From an uncultured Bacteroides sp. (GTDB lineage Bacteria; Bacteroidota; Bacteroidia; G022818785): a stretch of 64,000 nt of DNA. A model generated the notes under the pieces. That model was not told where the DNA came from and did no database searches. It worked only from the letters and a program-made list of their open reading frames with translations. Shown here piece after piece: positions 43,187 through 54,038 of this stretch; position 1 is the first letter of the stretch, and each line of letters opens with the position of its first letter. Where the stretch lies: the NCBI GenBank assembly GCA_964620755.1, contig CAZUHH010000007.1, forward strand, positions 8,225-72,224, read 5' to 3'. Position numbers and translations under genes: made by a program.

Positions 43187-43882
43187 TTATAAAATAGTTT
43201 TAGTATCAATTTGAATAGAAGGCCCCATTGTACTTGCTAAAAATATACTTTTATAATATGGACGTTTTTTTATTTTATTAGAAAAAATATTAATGATTTC
43301 CTGAATAATAAAAATCGCATTTTCATATACATATTTATAACTCAAGCTCAATTTGCCTATTGGAATATGAAATATTCCTCCCTTATCAATTTTAAATACA
43401 ATTTTACCTTTTTTAATATTACAAATTTCTTCTTTGATATCATCAGTAATAGTACCTAAATGAACACTAGGCATTAATCCCCTAGGTCCTAAAATAGAAC
43501 TTAAATGAGTTATTTTTGCAAAGTTTTTCTTATTAACAACTATATAATTAAAATCAAACCATTTATTTTCAATTTTAGAAATATATTCCTCTAACCCTGC
43601 AAATTCAGCCCCAGCATTTAGACACAAATTAATATCATTTTTATCACATAAAGCTAATATTTTATTCTTATGACCATTAGAATGTGGAAGAATAATAAAT
43701 CCTTTAAAAGTATTAATTGATTTATTAATGTCAATGTTAATTCTTAAATGAATATCAATGGATGCATCAAAGTTAGTATTATTAATATTATATAATATAT
43801 CTATAGCATCTTTAATATTATAAAATTTCTTATTATCAAAATTAGATAATATTTTTTTTCTTTTTTTATATATTTTACCCAC
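43187..43882 (-). CDS. rplA: 50S ribosomal protein L1
   Basis: 231 aa; L1 fold conserved blocks (GKIVFKIDKGGIFHIPIGKLS), position between rplK and rplJ. Confidence 0.9.
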   Translation of the reverse strand: MGKIYKKRKKILSNFDNKKFYNIKDAIDILYNINNTNFDASIDIHLRINIDINKSINTFKGFIILPHSNGHKNKILALCDKNDINLCLNAGAEFAGLEEYISKIENKWFDFNYIVVNKKNFAKITHLSSILGPRGLMPSVHLGTITDDIKEEICNIKKGKIVFKIDKGGIFHIPIGKLSLSYKYVYENAIFIIQEIINIFSNKIKKRPYYKSIFLASTMGPSIQIDTKTIL

Positions 43883-43911
43883 TTATATTAAGTTTTTTAT
43901 TCAGATTAAAA

Positions 43912-44337
43912 TTAATTTTCATTTTTTACTGTAATACCCATACTATTAGCTGTCCCTATTACCATTTTTATTGCTGATTCTAATGTAAAAGCATTTAAAT
44001 CAATCATTTTATTTTTAGATATTTCAATGATTTTATCAATAGATATGGATCCAATTTTTTTTCTATTTGGTTCTGCTGAGCCTTTATCAATATTAATAGC
44101 TTCTTTAAGTTGTATTGATACAGGAGTCGTTTTAATAACAAAACTAAATGTTTTATTTTCATAAATTGTAATAACAACAGGCAATAATTTATCTAGCAAA
44201 TTACTAGTTTTATCATTAAATTTTTTGCAAAACTGAACAATATTAATACCTTTAGCACCTAAAGCAGGTCCAATAGGAGGTGAAGGAGTCGCTCTGCCCC
44301 CTTTTATTTGCAATTTAATATATCCAATAATATTCAT
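43912..44337 (-). CDS. rplK: 50S ribosomal protein L11
   Basis: 141 aa; [21 protein letters not shown] signature. Confidence 0.92.
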   Translation of the reverse strand: MNIIGYIKLQIKGGRATPSPPIGPALGAKGINIVQFCKKFNDKTSNLLDKLLPVVITIYENKTFSFVIKTTPVSIQLKEAINIDKGSAEPNRKKIGSISIDKIIEISKNKMIDLNAFTLESAIKMVIGTANSMGITVKNEN

Positions 44338-44376
44338 ATCTTTAATTTATTTAACTCGAATATAAACAATATTTTA

Positions 44377-44913
44377 TTATCTCTCAACTTGTAAATAATT
44401 TAATTCTACTGGTGTGCGTCTTCCAAATATTTTAACTATAATTTTTAATCTCTTTTTTTCTATATTCACATCTTCAATAATACCATTAAATCCATTGAAA
44501 GGACCGTCTATAATTTTTATTTTATCTCCAATGTAATATTGGTCAGTAGATACAGATTTGTCAGAAATTAAACTAACTTTTTTAATAATTCTTTCAATTT
44601 CATTTTTATTTAATGGAAATATATTATTAGGTTCACCAAGGAATCCTACTATATAATTAATTTTACGAAAAAAATCTTTAATTTCTTCGTTTAAATCAAT
44701 TTCTATCATAATATATCCAGGGAAAAAAATTCTTTCTCTAATAATTTTTTTTTTGCCTTTTAATTGATAATATCTTTCTATAGGTATAATTACATTATTA
44801 ATATATTTTTTTACATTATTATATAATACAGAAGAATAAATATTATCTTTAACTTGTTTTTCTTTACCGCTCATAACTCTTAAGACATACCAATTAAATA
44901 TTTGATTTACCAT
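44377..44913 (-). CDS. nusG: transcription termination/antitermination factor NusG
   Basis: 178 aa; NGN domain WYVLRVMSGKE and C-terminal KOW (GDKIKIIDGPFNGFNGIIEDV). Confidence 0.9.
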   Translation of the reverse strand: MVNQIFNWYVLRVMSGKEKQVKDNIYSSVLYNNVKKYINNVIIPIERYYQLKGKKKIIRERIFFPGYIMIEIDLNEEIKDFFRKINYIVGFLGEPNNIFPLNKNEIERIIKKVSLISDKSVSTDQYYIGDKIKIIDGPFNGFNGIIEDVNIEKKRLKIIVKIFGRRTPVELNYLQVER

Positions 44914-44932
44914 TTTTAATGTATTATATATT

Positions 44933-45130
44933 CTAAATTTTATAACAATATTGTACTATGCTTTTAAAAAAAGCATCCATTATTACAACAATTAATGAAA
45001 AAATTATAACAATTAAATTAACATTAAATAAAATTCTTATCAATGAAATATAATTAGGCCATTTAGATTTTTTAAACACTTCATCGAAAGATTCTTTTAA
45101 AAAAGAAATGTATTTTTTATAAAAAAACAT
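44933..45130 (-). CDS. secE: preprotein translocase subunit SecE
   Basis: 65 aa, single C-terminal TM, SKWPN motif; canonical position between tRNA-Trp and nusG. Confidence 0.7.
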   Translation of the reverse strand: MFFYKKYISFLKESFDEVFKKSKWPNYISLIRILFNVNLIVIIFSLIVVIMDAFFKSIVQYCYKI

Positions 45131-45166
45131 AAATTATTTAAACTAATTTGAATTTAAAGCAAAAAA

Positions 45167-45237
45167 CACGGATGCCTGGATTTGAACCAAGATCAACGGT
45201 TTTGGAGACCGATATTCTGCCATTAAACTACACCCGT
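45167..45237 (-). tRNA. tRNA-Trp (anticodon CCA)
   Basis: Hand-folded on minus strand: acceptor acgggtg/catccgt, anticodon loop ctCCAaa, T-loop ggttcaaatcc; canonical tuf-tRNATrp-secE position. Confidence 0.8.
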
Positions 45238-45250
45238 ATTTGCATTTTTT

Positions 45251-46438
45251 TTACTTAATAATATTAACAACTTTACCTGCTCCAACTGTACGGCCACCCT
45301 CTCTAATAGCAAATTTTAAACCTTTTTCCATAGCTATAATTGATATTAATTTAACTGTAATATTTATATTATCGCCTGGCATAACCATCTCTATATCTTT
45401 TGGTAATGTAATTTCCCCAGTAACATCTGTAGTTCTAAAATAAAATTGAGGACGATATTTATTAAAAAATGGAGTATGTCTGCCACCTTCATCTTTTGAT
45501 AAAATATATACTTCTGCTTCAAATTCAATGTGAGGAGTTACAGAATTAGGTTTACAAATTACCATACCTCTTTTAATATTATTTTTCTCAATACCTCTTA
45601 ATAATAAACCAACATTATCACCAGCTTCTCCATAATCTAGAATTTTTCTAAACATTTCAACTCCAATAATTGTAGACTTAATATTATTTTCATTTATTCC
45701 TATTATGTCTACTGCATCACCTGTATTAATAACACCTCTTTCAATACGTCCTGTAGCAACAGTTCCGCGACCTGTAATTGAAAATATATCTTCTACAGGC
45801 ATTAAAAATGGTAAATCTATTAAACGTTTAGGTATAGGAAAATAGCTATCGATAGAATTTATTAATTCCATAATTTTATCAGCCCACACTTTTTCTCCAT
45901 TTAAAGCCTTCAAAGCTGATCCTTTAATAATAGGAATAGAATTTCCATCAAAATTATAAAAACTTAATAATTCTCTAATTTCCATTTCAACTAATTCTAA
46001 AAGTTCCTTATCTTCAACAAGATCACATTTATTCATAAATACTATAATATTAGGTACACCTACCTGTCGTGCTAATAATATGTGCTCTCTTGTTTGAGGC
46101 ATTGGTCCATCACCAGCATCAACAACTAATATAGCTCCATCCATTTGAGCAGCTCCAGTAACCATATTTTTTACGTAATCTGCATGACCTGGACAATCAA
46201 CATGTGCATAATGTCTATTTTTAGTTTGATATTCAACATGTGATGTATTAATAGTAATACCTCTTTCTTTTTCTTCAGGTGCTGAATCTATAGACTCAAA
46301 AGATCTTAATTCTGATAATCCTTCATTGAACAAAACTTTCGTTATAGCAGCAGTTAAAGTTGTTTTACCATGATCAACATGTCCAATAGTACCAATATTT
46401 AAATGTGGTTTTGATCGATTAAATTTTGCTTTTGCCAT
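45251..46438 (-). CDS. tuf: elongation factor Tu
   Basis: 395 aa; [21 protein letters not shown] GTPase motifs. Confidence 0.97.
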   Translation of the reverse strand: MAKAKFNRSKPHLNIGTIGHVDHGKTTLTAAITKVLFNEGLSELRSFESIDSAPEEKERGITINTSHVEYQTKNRHYAHVDCPGHADYVKNMVTGAAQMDGAILVVDAGDGPMPQTREHILLARQVGVPNIIVFMNKCDLVEDKELLELVEMEIRELLSFYNFDGNSIPIIKGSALKALNGEKVWADKIMELINSIDSYFPIPKRLIDLPFLMPVEDIFSITGRGTVATGRIERGVINTGDAVDIIGINENNIKSTIIGVEMFRKILDYGEAGDNVGLLLRGIEKNNIKRGMVICKPNSVTPHIEFEAEVYILSKDEGGRHTPFFNKYRPQFYFRTTDVTGEITLPKDIEMVMPGDNINITVKLISIIAMEKGLKFAIREGGRTVGAGKVVNIIK

Positions 46439-46511
46439 TTTTTAATTAAATTAATTATTAAAATTTTACTTACATTAATTAAATAATACAAATATAATTA
46501 TCAATTATAAT

Positions 46512-46585
46512 GGGCCATTGACGGGATTTGAACCCACAACCTTTTCCTTACCAAGGAAATGCTCTAACCATCTAAGCTACAATGG
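46512..46585 (-). tRNA. tRNA-Thr (anticodon GGT)
   Basis: Hand-folded on minus strand: acceptor gccattg/caatggc, anticodon stem tttcc/ggaaa with loop ttGGTaa, T-loop ttcaaat. Confidence 0.8.
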
Positions 46586-46656
46586 CCTATAATATTAGAT
46601 TGATAAAAATTTTTATCATATATAAAATAAAAGACTCTCAAATTAAAAGAAAAACA

Positions 46657-46729
46657 AGCGGATGACGAGATTTGAACTCGCAACATACAGCTTGGAAGGC
46701 TGTCACTCTACCATTTGAGTTACATCCGC
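46657..46729 (-). tRNA. tRNA-Gly (anticodon TCC)
   Basis: Hand-folded on minus strand: acceptor gcggatg/catccgc, anticodon stem acagc/gctgt with loop ctTCCaa, T-loop ttcaaat. Confidence 0.8.
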
Positions 46730-46759
46730 ACAAACCCCTTTATTAAGAGATATTATCAA

Positions 46760-46841
46760 TGGGGAGAGTAGGATTCGAACCTACGAAGGCTGAGCCAGCA
46801 GATTTACAGTCTGATCCATTTGGCCACTCTGGAATCTCCCC
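46760..46841 (-). tRNA. tRNA-Tyr (anticodon GTA)
   Basis: Hand-folded on minus strand: acceptor ggggaga/tctcccc, anticodon loop ctGTAaa, long variable arm, T-loop ttcgaat. Confidence 0.8.
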
Positions 46842-46863
46842 TTAAAATAATCAATTATTTTAG

Positions 46864-46936
46864 AGCCTTCTACTGGAATCGAACCAGCAACCTATTGATT
46901 ACAAATCAATTGCTCTACCAATTGAGCTAAGAAGGC
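46864..46936 (-). tRNA. tRNA-Thr (anticodon TGT)
   Basis: Hand-folded on minus strand: acceptor gccttct/agaaggc, anticodon stem attga/tcaat with loop ttTGTaa, T-loop ttcgatt. Confidence 0.8.
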
Positions 46937-47058
46937 AACTTACAAAGTTAATAATAATAATTAAATAATTACACTGTAATTTAATAATTAAATATAATAA
47001 AATTAATTTTTATATTTAATATTATAATAATTTATTAGTTTAATAAATAGTTTTTTTT

Positions 47059-47697
47059 ATGATACAAATAAAATCATTTATATTTAATCCTTATAATGAA
47101 AATACATATATATTATATGATAACACTAATAAATGTGTTATAATAGATCCAGGATGTCACAATAACACTGAAAGAGAAAGTATTAGTAATTTTATTAAAA
47201 AAAATCAATTAATACCTGTACATTTGTTAAATACCCATTGTCATATAGATCACATTGTTGGAAATCATTTCATATCTAACAAATATAAATTAAATCCTTC
47301 ATTCCATAAATATGATTACGATTTGCTAAATTTTGTAGAACATCATACTAAAGTCACTGAAATGAATTATAAAAAATGTGATGTTCCTAATAATTATTTA
47401 AATGAAAATGATATTATTAAATTTGGTAATAGTGTGTTAAAAGTTATTTATACTCCAGGTCATTCATTAGGTAGCATTTCTTTTTATTCACAAATAGACA
47501 ATTTTATCATATCTGGTGATACAATATTTAAAGGTAGTATCGGTAGAACAGATTTATTTGGAGGAAATTTTAAAACGTTAATTACAACAATTAAAAAAAA
47601 AATATTTGACTTAAATAATAATATTAAAATATATCCTGGACATGGAGAATATACATTTCAAAAAATAGAAGAATTGAATAATATATATATCAAATAA
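47059..47697 (+). CDS. MBL-fold metallo-hydrolase (glyoxalase II-like)
   Basis: 212 aa; metallo-beta-lactamase HxHxDH motif (HCHIDH) and downstream His/Asp ligands (PGHSLGS, GDT). Confidence 0.75.
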   Translation: MIQIKSFIFNPYNENTYILYDNTNKCVIIDPGCHNNTERESISNFIKKNQLIPVHLLNTHCHIDHIVGNHFISNKYKLNPSFHKYDYDLLNFVEHHTKVTEMNYKKCDVPNNYLNENDIIKFGNSVLKVIYTPGHSLGSISFYSQIDNFIISGDTIFKGSIGRTDLFGGNFKTLITTIKKKIFDLNNNIKIYPGHGEYTFQKIEELNNIYIK

Positions 47698-49149
47698 TTA
47701 ATAATTAGGTATTTTAAAATATTTATTAATATTTTTTAATATAAAAAAGTTAATAATTGAAATTGAAACACACATTATTGTTAAATATGAAAAAATATAT
47801 AATTCTGAAAAACTAGATATCATACTACCTACTAATCCTGCTATTAATCCCCCAAAGCCTATTACAGCAAAAAATATTCCCATCATTAATGATATATACT
47901 TAAAAGGCACAATACGAGTAATAAAAGACAATGCAATTGGTGCTAAACAAAGTTCTGCAATAGTTTGTAATAAATAATATATAATTAGTAATAACATTGA
48001 TGAATAACCTTTTTGATAATATTGTAATGTAGCAATAACCATAAACAAATAAGCAATACCCATGACTAAAATTCCAACATTCATTTTTACAATATCTGAT
48101 ATATTTTTATTCCACCAATACCAAAATTTAGTTACAGGTATACTTAATAAAAGAATGAACAAAGCATTACAAGCTTGAAGCCATGATGCAGGTATTATAA
48201 TTTTATATTGTATTAATTCAATATTACTTACATATAAATTTATTATCAATAAACTACTGATTACAATCCAATAAAATAAATTTTTACTTTTTATATAAAA
48301 AAAAATATATAAAATAAATATGTAATTTATAGCTAAAATAAAATAAATCATATAATTAAAATCAATCAATCTATTAATTTTTTCATTTGCATATATAGTT
48401 AATAATCCACTTGATTGTTCACATGCTATATAAAATATTATAATAATAAGATAAAAAATAATTAATAATGTAATATTATTAAAATTAATTTTATCAATAT
48501 TATAATTTTTTTTATTATACCAATTATTATGTATAATATTTTTATTAGTATCTCTGATGAGATATTTTTGGCCATATATATAAGTTAGTAAACCTAAAAT
48601 CATACCAAGACCAGCAATACCAAATCCCATATGCCAATTATAAATTTCTCCTATTAACCCAACAATAATCATACCAGCTAATGATCCTATATTAATACCC
48701 ATATAAAATATTGAAAATCCGATATTTCTATTTTTATCATTGTTATGATATATATTACCAACTAAAGTTGAAATATTAGGTTTTAAAGCTCCAACTCCTA
48801 AAATTATTAATGATAATCCTAAATAAAATGATATTATATCTTGTAAAATTAGTATTATATGGCCTATAGATAATAATAAACATCCTATCATAACCATAAT
48901 ACGTGGACTAAATATATAAGTTGCACAAATTCCTCCAATAATACTAAACGCATGTACTAAAAAAGTATACCAAGATACCAACATAATTGCATTACTATTA
49001 CACCAATTCCATCCTGGATTATATGATAAATTTGAAGATGTTAAAAACAATACCAAAATACTTTTCATACCATAATATGAAAAACGCTCCCATAATTCTG
49101 TAAAAAATAAAATATATAAACTTATAGGATGACGATTATTATTATTCAT
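47698..49149 (-). CDS. POT/PTR2-family proton-dependent oligopeptide transporter
   Basis: 483 aa, about 14 TM; PTR2 signature ELWERFSYYGMKSIL near the N-terminus. Confidence 0.85.
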   Translation of the reverse strand: MNNNNRHPISLYILFFTELWERFSYYGMKSILVLFLTSSNLSYNPGWNWCNSNAIMLVSWYTFLVHAFSIIGGICATYIFSPRIMVMIGCLLLSIGHIILILQDIISFYLGLSLIILGVGALKPNISTLVGNIYHNNDKNRNIGFSIFYMGINIGSLAGMIIVGLIGEIYNWHMGFGIAGLGMILGLLTYIYGQKYLIRDTNKNIIHNNWYNKKNYNIDKINFNNITLLIIFYLIIIIFYIACEQSSGLLTIYANEKINRLIDFNYMIYFILAINYIFILYIFFYIKSKNLFYWIVISSLLIINLYVSNIELIQYKIIIPASWLQACNALFILLLSIPVTKFWYWWNKNISDIVKMNVGILVMGIAYLFMVIATLQYYQKGYSSMLLLIIYYLLQTIAELCLAPIALSFITRIVPFKYISLMMGIFFAVIGFGGLIAGLVGSMISSFSELYIFSYLTIMCVSISIINFFILKNINKYFKIPNY

Positions 49150-49311
49150 TATAAATTAAATAGATATACAGCACCATAAATAATCATATTTAATATATGT
49201 AAAACATTATGATGAAAAATAGTATTATTAATAAGTATTAATTAATATAACAAATTTAATACATATTAAAAACATGTATTATTTTGTTGTTATCTATAAA
49301 AATATATTATA

Positions 49312-50529
49312 TTATATTATTTTTTTTCTTCTTTTATATGCAGGTTCATTTTCTATATAATAAATATCATTACTAATTCTTTTTATTTTATTAACATCAT
49401 TAGATTTATATATATTATTATATAATTTATTGAAGTATTTGCTTTTATTAATATAGTTTTTATGAAATTGATATTTGTGATATAAATTATTTTTCTGATT
49501 AGATAATTTATTAAATTTATTATTATTATTAATAATATTATTATCAAATAAATTATAATGTATATCATTAATACTATTAAATCCAGTAGCTATAATAGTA
49601 ACTGATATATCATCTCCTAAAGATTTATCATAGCAATGTCCCCATATCATGTCTGCGTCAAATTCTGCTTGCTCTTGTATATAGTCAGTAATTTCTGTTA
49701 ATTCTTCTAATAAAACTTCTTTATTGCCAGAAGTTATATTTAATAAAATATATTTAGCGCCTGATATTTTATTATCATCTAATAATGGTGAATGCAATGC
49801 CCCTTCAACTGCATCATGAGCTCTATTGTCTCCTCCTGTTTGATATGAACCCATAATAGCAACCCCTCCATTGGCCATAACTGTTTTTACATCTTCAAAA
49901 TCAACATTAATATATCCTGGAAGTGTTATAATTTCAGCAATACCTTTAGATGCAGTTGTTAATATATTATCTGCCTCTGAAAATGCATTTGATAGTGATA
50001 AATTACCAAATATATTTCTTAATTTATCATTTGATATTACTAAAATTGTATCAACATGATGTTTTAATTCTATAACACCATTATGAGCTTGTATTTGCCT
50101 TTTTTTACCTTCAAAAGAAAAAGGTATGGTAACTATTCCTACTGTAAGAATACCCATTTCTTTAGCTACCTTTGCAATAACTGGGCTAGCTCCTGTACCT
50201 GTACCTCCACCCATTCCAGCAGTAATAAAAACCATTTTAGTATTATCTGCAAAAAATTCTTTTATCTGTTCTATATTTTCTAATGCAGCATCTTTACCTA
50301 TTTGAGGAATAGAACCAGCACCCCTACCTTCTGTTAAATTAACCCCTAATTGTAATTTATTAGGTATATTACTTGTATTAAGAGCTTGAGAATCAGTATT
50401 ACATATTACAAAATCAACACCTTCGATACCTTGTTTATACATATAATTTACTGCATTACTACCACCACCACCTACACCTATAACTTTAATAATAGAAGTA
50501 TTTTTTTGAGATGACTCAATTGTAATCAT
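49312..50529 (-). CDS. ftsZ: cell division protein FtsZ
   Basis: 405 aa; tubulin signature GGGTGTG, N-terminal [14 protein letters not shown]; low-complexity N/K-rich C-terminal tail. Confidence 0.95.
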   Translation of the reverse strand: MITIESSQKNTSIIKVIGVGGGGSNAVNYMYKQGIEGVDFVICNTDSQALNTSNIPNKLQLGVNLTEGRGAGSIPQIGKDAALENIEQIKEFFADNTKMVFITAGMGGGTGTGASPVIAKVAKEMGILTVGIVTIPFSFEGKKRQIQAHNGVIELKHHVDTILVISNDKLRNIFGNLSLSNAFSEADNILTTASKGIAEIITLPGYINVDFEDVKTVMANGGVAIMGSYQTGGDNRAHDAVEGALHSPLLDDNKISGAKYILLNITSGNKEVLLEELTEITDYIQEQAEFDADMIWGHCYDKSLGDDISVTIIATGFNSINDIHYNLFDNNIINNNNKFNKLSNQKNNLYHKYQFHKNYINKSKYFNKLYNNIYKSNDVNKIKRISNDIYYIENEPAYKRRKKII

Positions 50530-50566
50530 TATCTTATAATTATAAATAAATAATCAAAATACTTTA

Positions 50567-51844
50567 TCAATCAAAATCATTATACAATAGTTTATGTTTT
50601 TTGTTTCCCATAATAGATTTAAACCAATTAGATTGATAAATAAATTTATCAATAATATTATTTTTTGAAGTAACATTAATATTATTCTTATCCATTTCGT
50701 TTAATGAATTTATAACTAATCCTATTACAGTTGAGTATTGAGGATTTGATATATCTTCTATATTTTCACAAATTATATTTTCATTAGCATACCCTATTCT
50801 AGTATCTAAACCAGTCAATGATTCAACTAATTTTTTTAAATTTTTTAAATTTGCAGTACCTCCAGTAATAACAATTCCAGCTAAAAGTTTTTTTTCATAG
50901 CCAGAATTTAAAATTTCATAATAAGCATATTCGATAATTTCTTCTATTCTAACTTGAATTATATAACTAAGATTACTAGTGGATATTTTTTTTTCATTTC
51001 TACCTTTTAATCCAGGAATTGATGTGATAACATTATTATCGGAATTTGATAACATTGCATTACCAAATTGTAATTTCAATGATTCAGCTTGATATCCCAT
51101 AACAATACAACCTTCCCTAATATCATTATTTATAGCATTACCTCCCAATGGAATTATAGCTATATGTCTAATTATATTATTATGTACAATTAGTATATCT
51201 GTTGTTCCTCCACCTATATCTATTAAGGCTACCCCAGCTTCTCTCTCTTCCAATGTTAATACTGATTCCATTGCTGCAATAGGTTTTAAAATTATATTTT
51301 GTAATTTTAAATTTGCATTTTTAATACATTTATTAATATTATTAATTGCTAATATATTACTTGATATAACATGAAAATTTGCTTCTATTCTTTTTCCAAA
51401 CATTCCTATTGGATCTAATATATTTTTTTCATCATCTATAGTATATTCTTGAGGAATAATACGAATAATTTTTTCATCTACAGGCATATTAATTTTATTC
51501 ATGTCAGACATTAAAATTTCAATATCTTTTTTTGTAATTTCGCTATTATTAGAGTCGCGGATAAGAACACCTCTGTGATGTGAACTTTTAATATATTGAC
51601 CTGAAATTCCTACATTAACAATTTTAATATCTACATTAGAGTTAGTACTTGCTATTTTAATAGCATTAATAATACTATTAACTGTTTTATCTATATTAAC
51701 TATGGAACCCCTCATAGCTCCTAGCGATACAGTTTTACCCAATCCTAAAATTTCTATTTTTCCAAGTTCATTTCTATATCCAACTGCAGCACATATTTTA
51801 GTTGTCCCAATATCAAGTGCAGTAGCTATTTCTAAGTTTCCCAT
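50567..51844 (-). CDS. ftsA: cell division protein FtsA
   Basis: 425 aa; actin-like ATPase motifs (ALDIGTTKI, DIGGGTTD), between ftsQ and ftsZ. Confidence 0.9.
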   Translation of the reverse strand: MGNLEIATALDIGTTKICAAVGYRNELGKIEILGLGKTVSLGAMRGSIVNIDKTVNSIINAIKIASTNSNVDIKIVNVGISGQYIKSSHHRGVLIRDSNNSEITKKDIEILMSDMNKINMPVDEKIIRIIPQEYTIDDEKNILDPIGMFGKRIEANFHVISSNILAINNINKCIKNANLKLQNIILKPIAAMESVLTLEEREAGVALIDIGGGTTDILIVHNNIIRHIAIIPLGGNAINNDIREGCIVMGYQAESLKLQFGNAMLSNSDNNVITSIPGLKGRNEKKISTSNLSYIIQVRIEEIIEYAYYEILNSGYEKKLLAGIVITGGTANLKNLKKLVESLTGLDTRIGYANENIICENIEDISNPQYSTVIGLVINSLNEMDKNNINVTSKNNIIDKFIYQSNWFKSIMGNKKHKLLYNDFD

Positions 51845-51914
51845 ATTTAATTTTTAATATGAAATATAGCAATTTTTTTATTCATGTAAAATTGTAATTA
51901 ATGATTTAAAATTA

Positions 51915-52646
51915 TTATTTGGAACAAATAATTTGATTAGTATATTGTATATTTACAATTTTATATTGTTTGTTGCCTATTTTAGGTATAATTTTATAAT
52001 AAAAAATCAATAATTTATTGAATTTATCTTCTAAATTAGAAGAATCTTCAATTAAAAAAATAGTATCACTCCAATAAGTCATTATTTCTATTTCTTGTTT
52101 TAAATTAACATTAATTGATTTTATATTTTTAATCCAAAAAGTTTCTTTAGAACAAAAAACTCCTAATTTATATAACTGCATTACTGTATTTGTTTCTATA
52201 TGACTATTATCATATAATAGTCTCTCTTCAATATATCCTTCTATATTAAGTAATACATCAATATCTCTATAAAAATTTATTTTGTATCCATCTGTATCTA
52301 CAAAATAACAATCTTTGTATAGATTGATAATTTTCAATAAAAATGTTTTTAAATAAATATTTATATATAAAGTATTATCTATATCAATATATATAATTGC
52401 TTTTTTAACAATATCTAATTTATCAATATGATTTTTAATATTGATTAAAAACTTATTATTTGTTGTATAAATATTTATTATGTCATTTATATATGAATAA
52501 TTAAAACATTTTGTATCACCTATTATATTAACAATATTGTTATTACATTTATAATTAAAATAATTATTTTTTTTGAAAAAAGTAATTGATAATAATACTA
52601 TACAATATATTATAACAATATAACTTTTAACAATATCAAATACCAT
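51915..52646 (-). CDS. ftsQ: cell division protein FtsQ/DivIB-like (putative)
   Basis: 243 aa; N-terminal TM; positional assignment between murC and ftsA; weak sequence conservation. Confidence 0.5.
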   Translation of the reverse strand: MVFDIVKSYIVIIYCIVLLSITFFKKNNYFNYKCNNNIVNIIGDTKCFNYSYINDIINIYTTNNKFLINIKNHIDKLDIVKKAIIYIDIDNTLYINIYLKTFLLKIINLYKDCYFVDTDGYKINFYRDIDVLLNIEGYIEERLLYDNSHIETNTVMQLYKLGVFCSKETFWIKNIKSINVNLKQEIEIMTYWSDTIFLIEDSSNLEDKFNKLLIFYYKIIPKIGNKQYKIVNIQYTNQIICSK

Positions 52647-54036
52647 ATTTATTTGAAAATTTTTTCTTTAAAATAGGTATAACACTATGTATATTGCCAG
52701 CTCCTATTACAATTAAAATTTCTATATCATTAAATTTCAATAGGAATTCTGGCAAATTTTTCAACAATGGAATAAAATGTTTATTATTAGATTTAATATA
52801 TTGATATATAATATTACTAGTTATATTATAATAATTACATTCGCGTGCTGGATAAATGTCTGTTAGTATAATTCTATAAGCTAAATCTAAGCTTTTAGCT
52901 ATTAAAAATGCAAAATATAATGTTCTAGAATACAAATGAGGTTGAAAAATAACAGTTATTAATTTATTAGTATAATTATTTTTTGCGGTTAATATAACTT
53001 CTTTAATAGCATCATGATGATGTGCATAATCACTTATTAATGTGATATTATTATTTTGTAAAATAATATCAAATCTATTTTTAACTCCCTTAAAATAGAT
53101 TAAAGCATTTTTAATTTGAACAAAGTTTATTCCTAAATATAAAGCAACACTAATAGCTGATAATACATTATTAATATTATGAAATCCTAACATTTGATAT
53201 TTAATATTATCAATTTTTTTTCCAAATGCAGAAAATGAAAAAATAATATTATTATTATTAAATATAATATTATATCCTAATATATCAATATTACTAACAA
53301 TGTTATGATGTAATATTCCATATTTAATTTCACTATAATAATCAATATTAATATCATATTTTTTAACAACGATACCTCCACTACGAATTCTTTTTATAAA
53401 AGAATTAAATGCATTATATACATCGTCAATATTGTTATAAATGTCAGAATGATCAAATCTTATAGAAGTAATAACAATAATATTAGGATTTAATGACAAA
53501 AAACTTTTATCATATTCATCTGCTTCAACAATTAATATATTACTACTACCAATAATAAAATTATTATTATAATTTGTCATAATGCCTCCTAATATAGATG
53601 TACACTTGTAGCCATTATAATTTAAAATATATGTTAATATAGATGCTGTTGTAGTTTTTCCATGAGTTCCAGATATTGCAATTAAAAACATATCTTTACT
53701 AAGAATACCTAATAATTGAGCTCTTTTTATTAGTTTAAATTTATTAACTTCATAATATTTAAATATTTTATTTGTATTAGTATTAATAGCAGAAGTATAT
53801 ACTATTAAAGTTTTATCTATATATGATTTATTTTTAAATTTTTTATCAATATAATTAGGATTATCTTCATTAATTATTGAAATTTTATATTTTTTTCTAA
53901 TTTTTTTACAAAAAAAATTATCATTAATATCATATCCAGATACATGGTAATTTTTATAAATACAAAATTGAGCCAAACTACTCATTCCTACACCACCAAT
54001 ACCTATAAAAAAAATATATTTTATATTTTTAATCAT
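52636..54036 (-). CDS. murC: UDP-N-acetylmuramate--L-alanine ligase
   Basis: 466 aa; N-terminal Rossmann GIGGVGMSSLA, Mur ligase P-loop GTHGKTTT. Confidence 0.9.
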   Translation of the reverse strand: MIKNIKYIFFIGIGGVGMSSLAQFCIYKNYHVSGYDINDNFFCKKIRKKYKISIINEDNPNYIDKKFKNKSYIDKTLIVYTSAINTNTNKIFKYYEVNKFKLIKRAQLLGILSKDMFLIAISGTHGKTTTASILTYILNYNGYKCTSILGGIMTNYNNNFIIGSSNILIVEADEYDKSFLSLNPNIIVITSIRFDHSDIYNNIDDVYNAFNSFIKRIRSGGIVVKKYDINIDYYSEIKYGILHHNIVSNIDILGYNIIFNNNNIIFSFSAFGKKIDNIKYQMLGFHNINNVLSAISVALYLGINFVQIKNALIYFKGVKNRFDIILQNNNITLISDYAHHHDAIKEVILTAKNNYTNKLITVIFQPHLYSRTLYFAFLIAKSLDLAYRIILTDIYPARECNYYNITSNIIYQYIKSNNKHFIPLLKNLPEFLLKFNDIEILIVIGAGNIHSVIPILKKKFSNKYGI

Positions 54037-54038
54037 AA

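Noticed and set aside
46439-47058. Possible ncRNA (tmRNA, RNase P, SRP) in gaps around the tRNA cluster
   Set aside because: Every gap between the four tRNAs and the flanking genes is under 125 nt and almost pure A/T. None can hold the conserved GC-rich helices of these RNAs. Only the four tRNAs are present.
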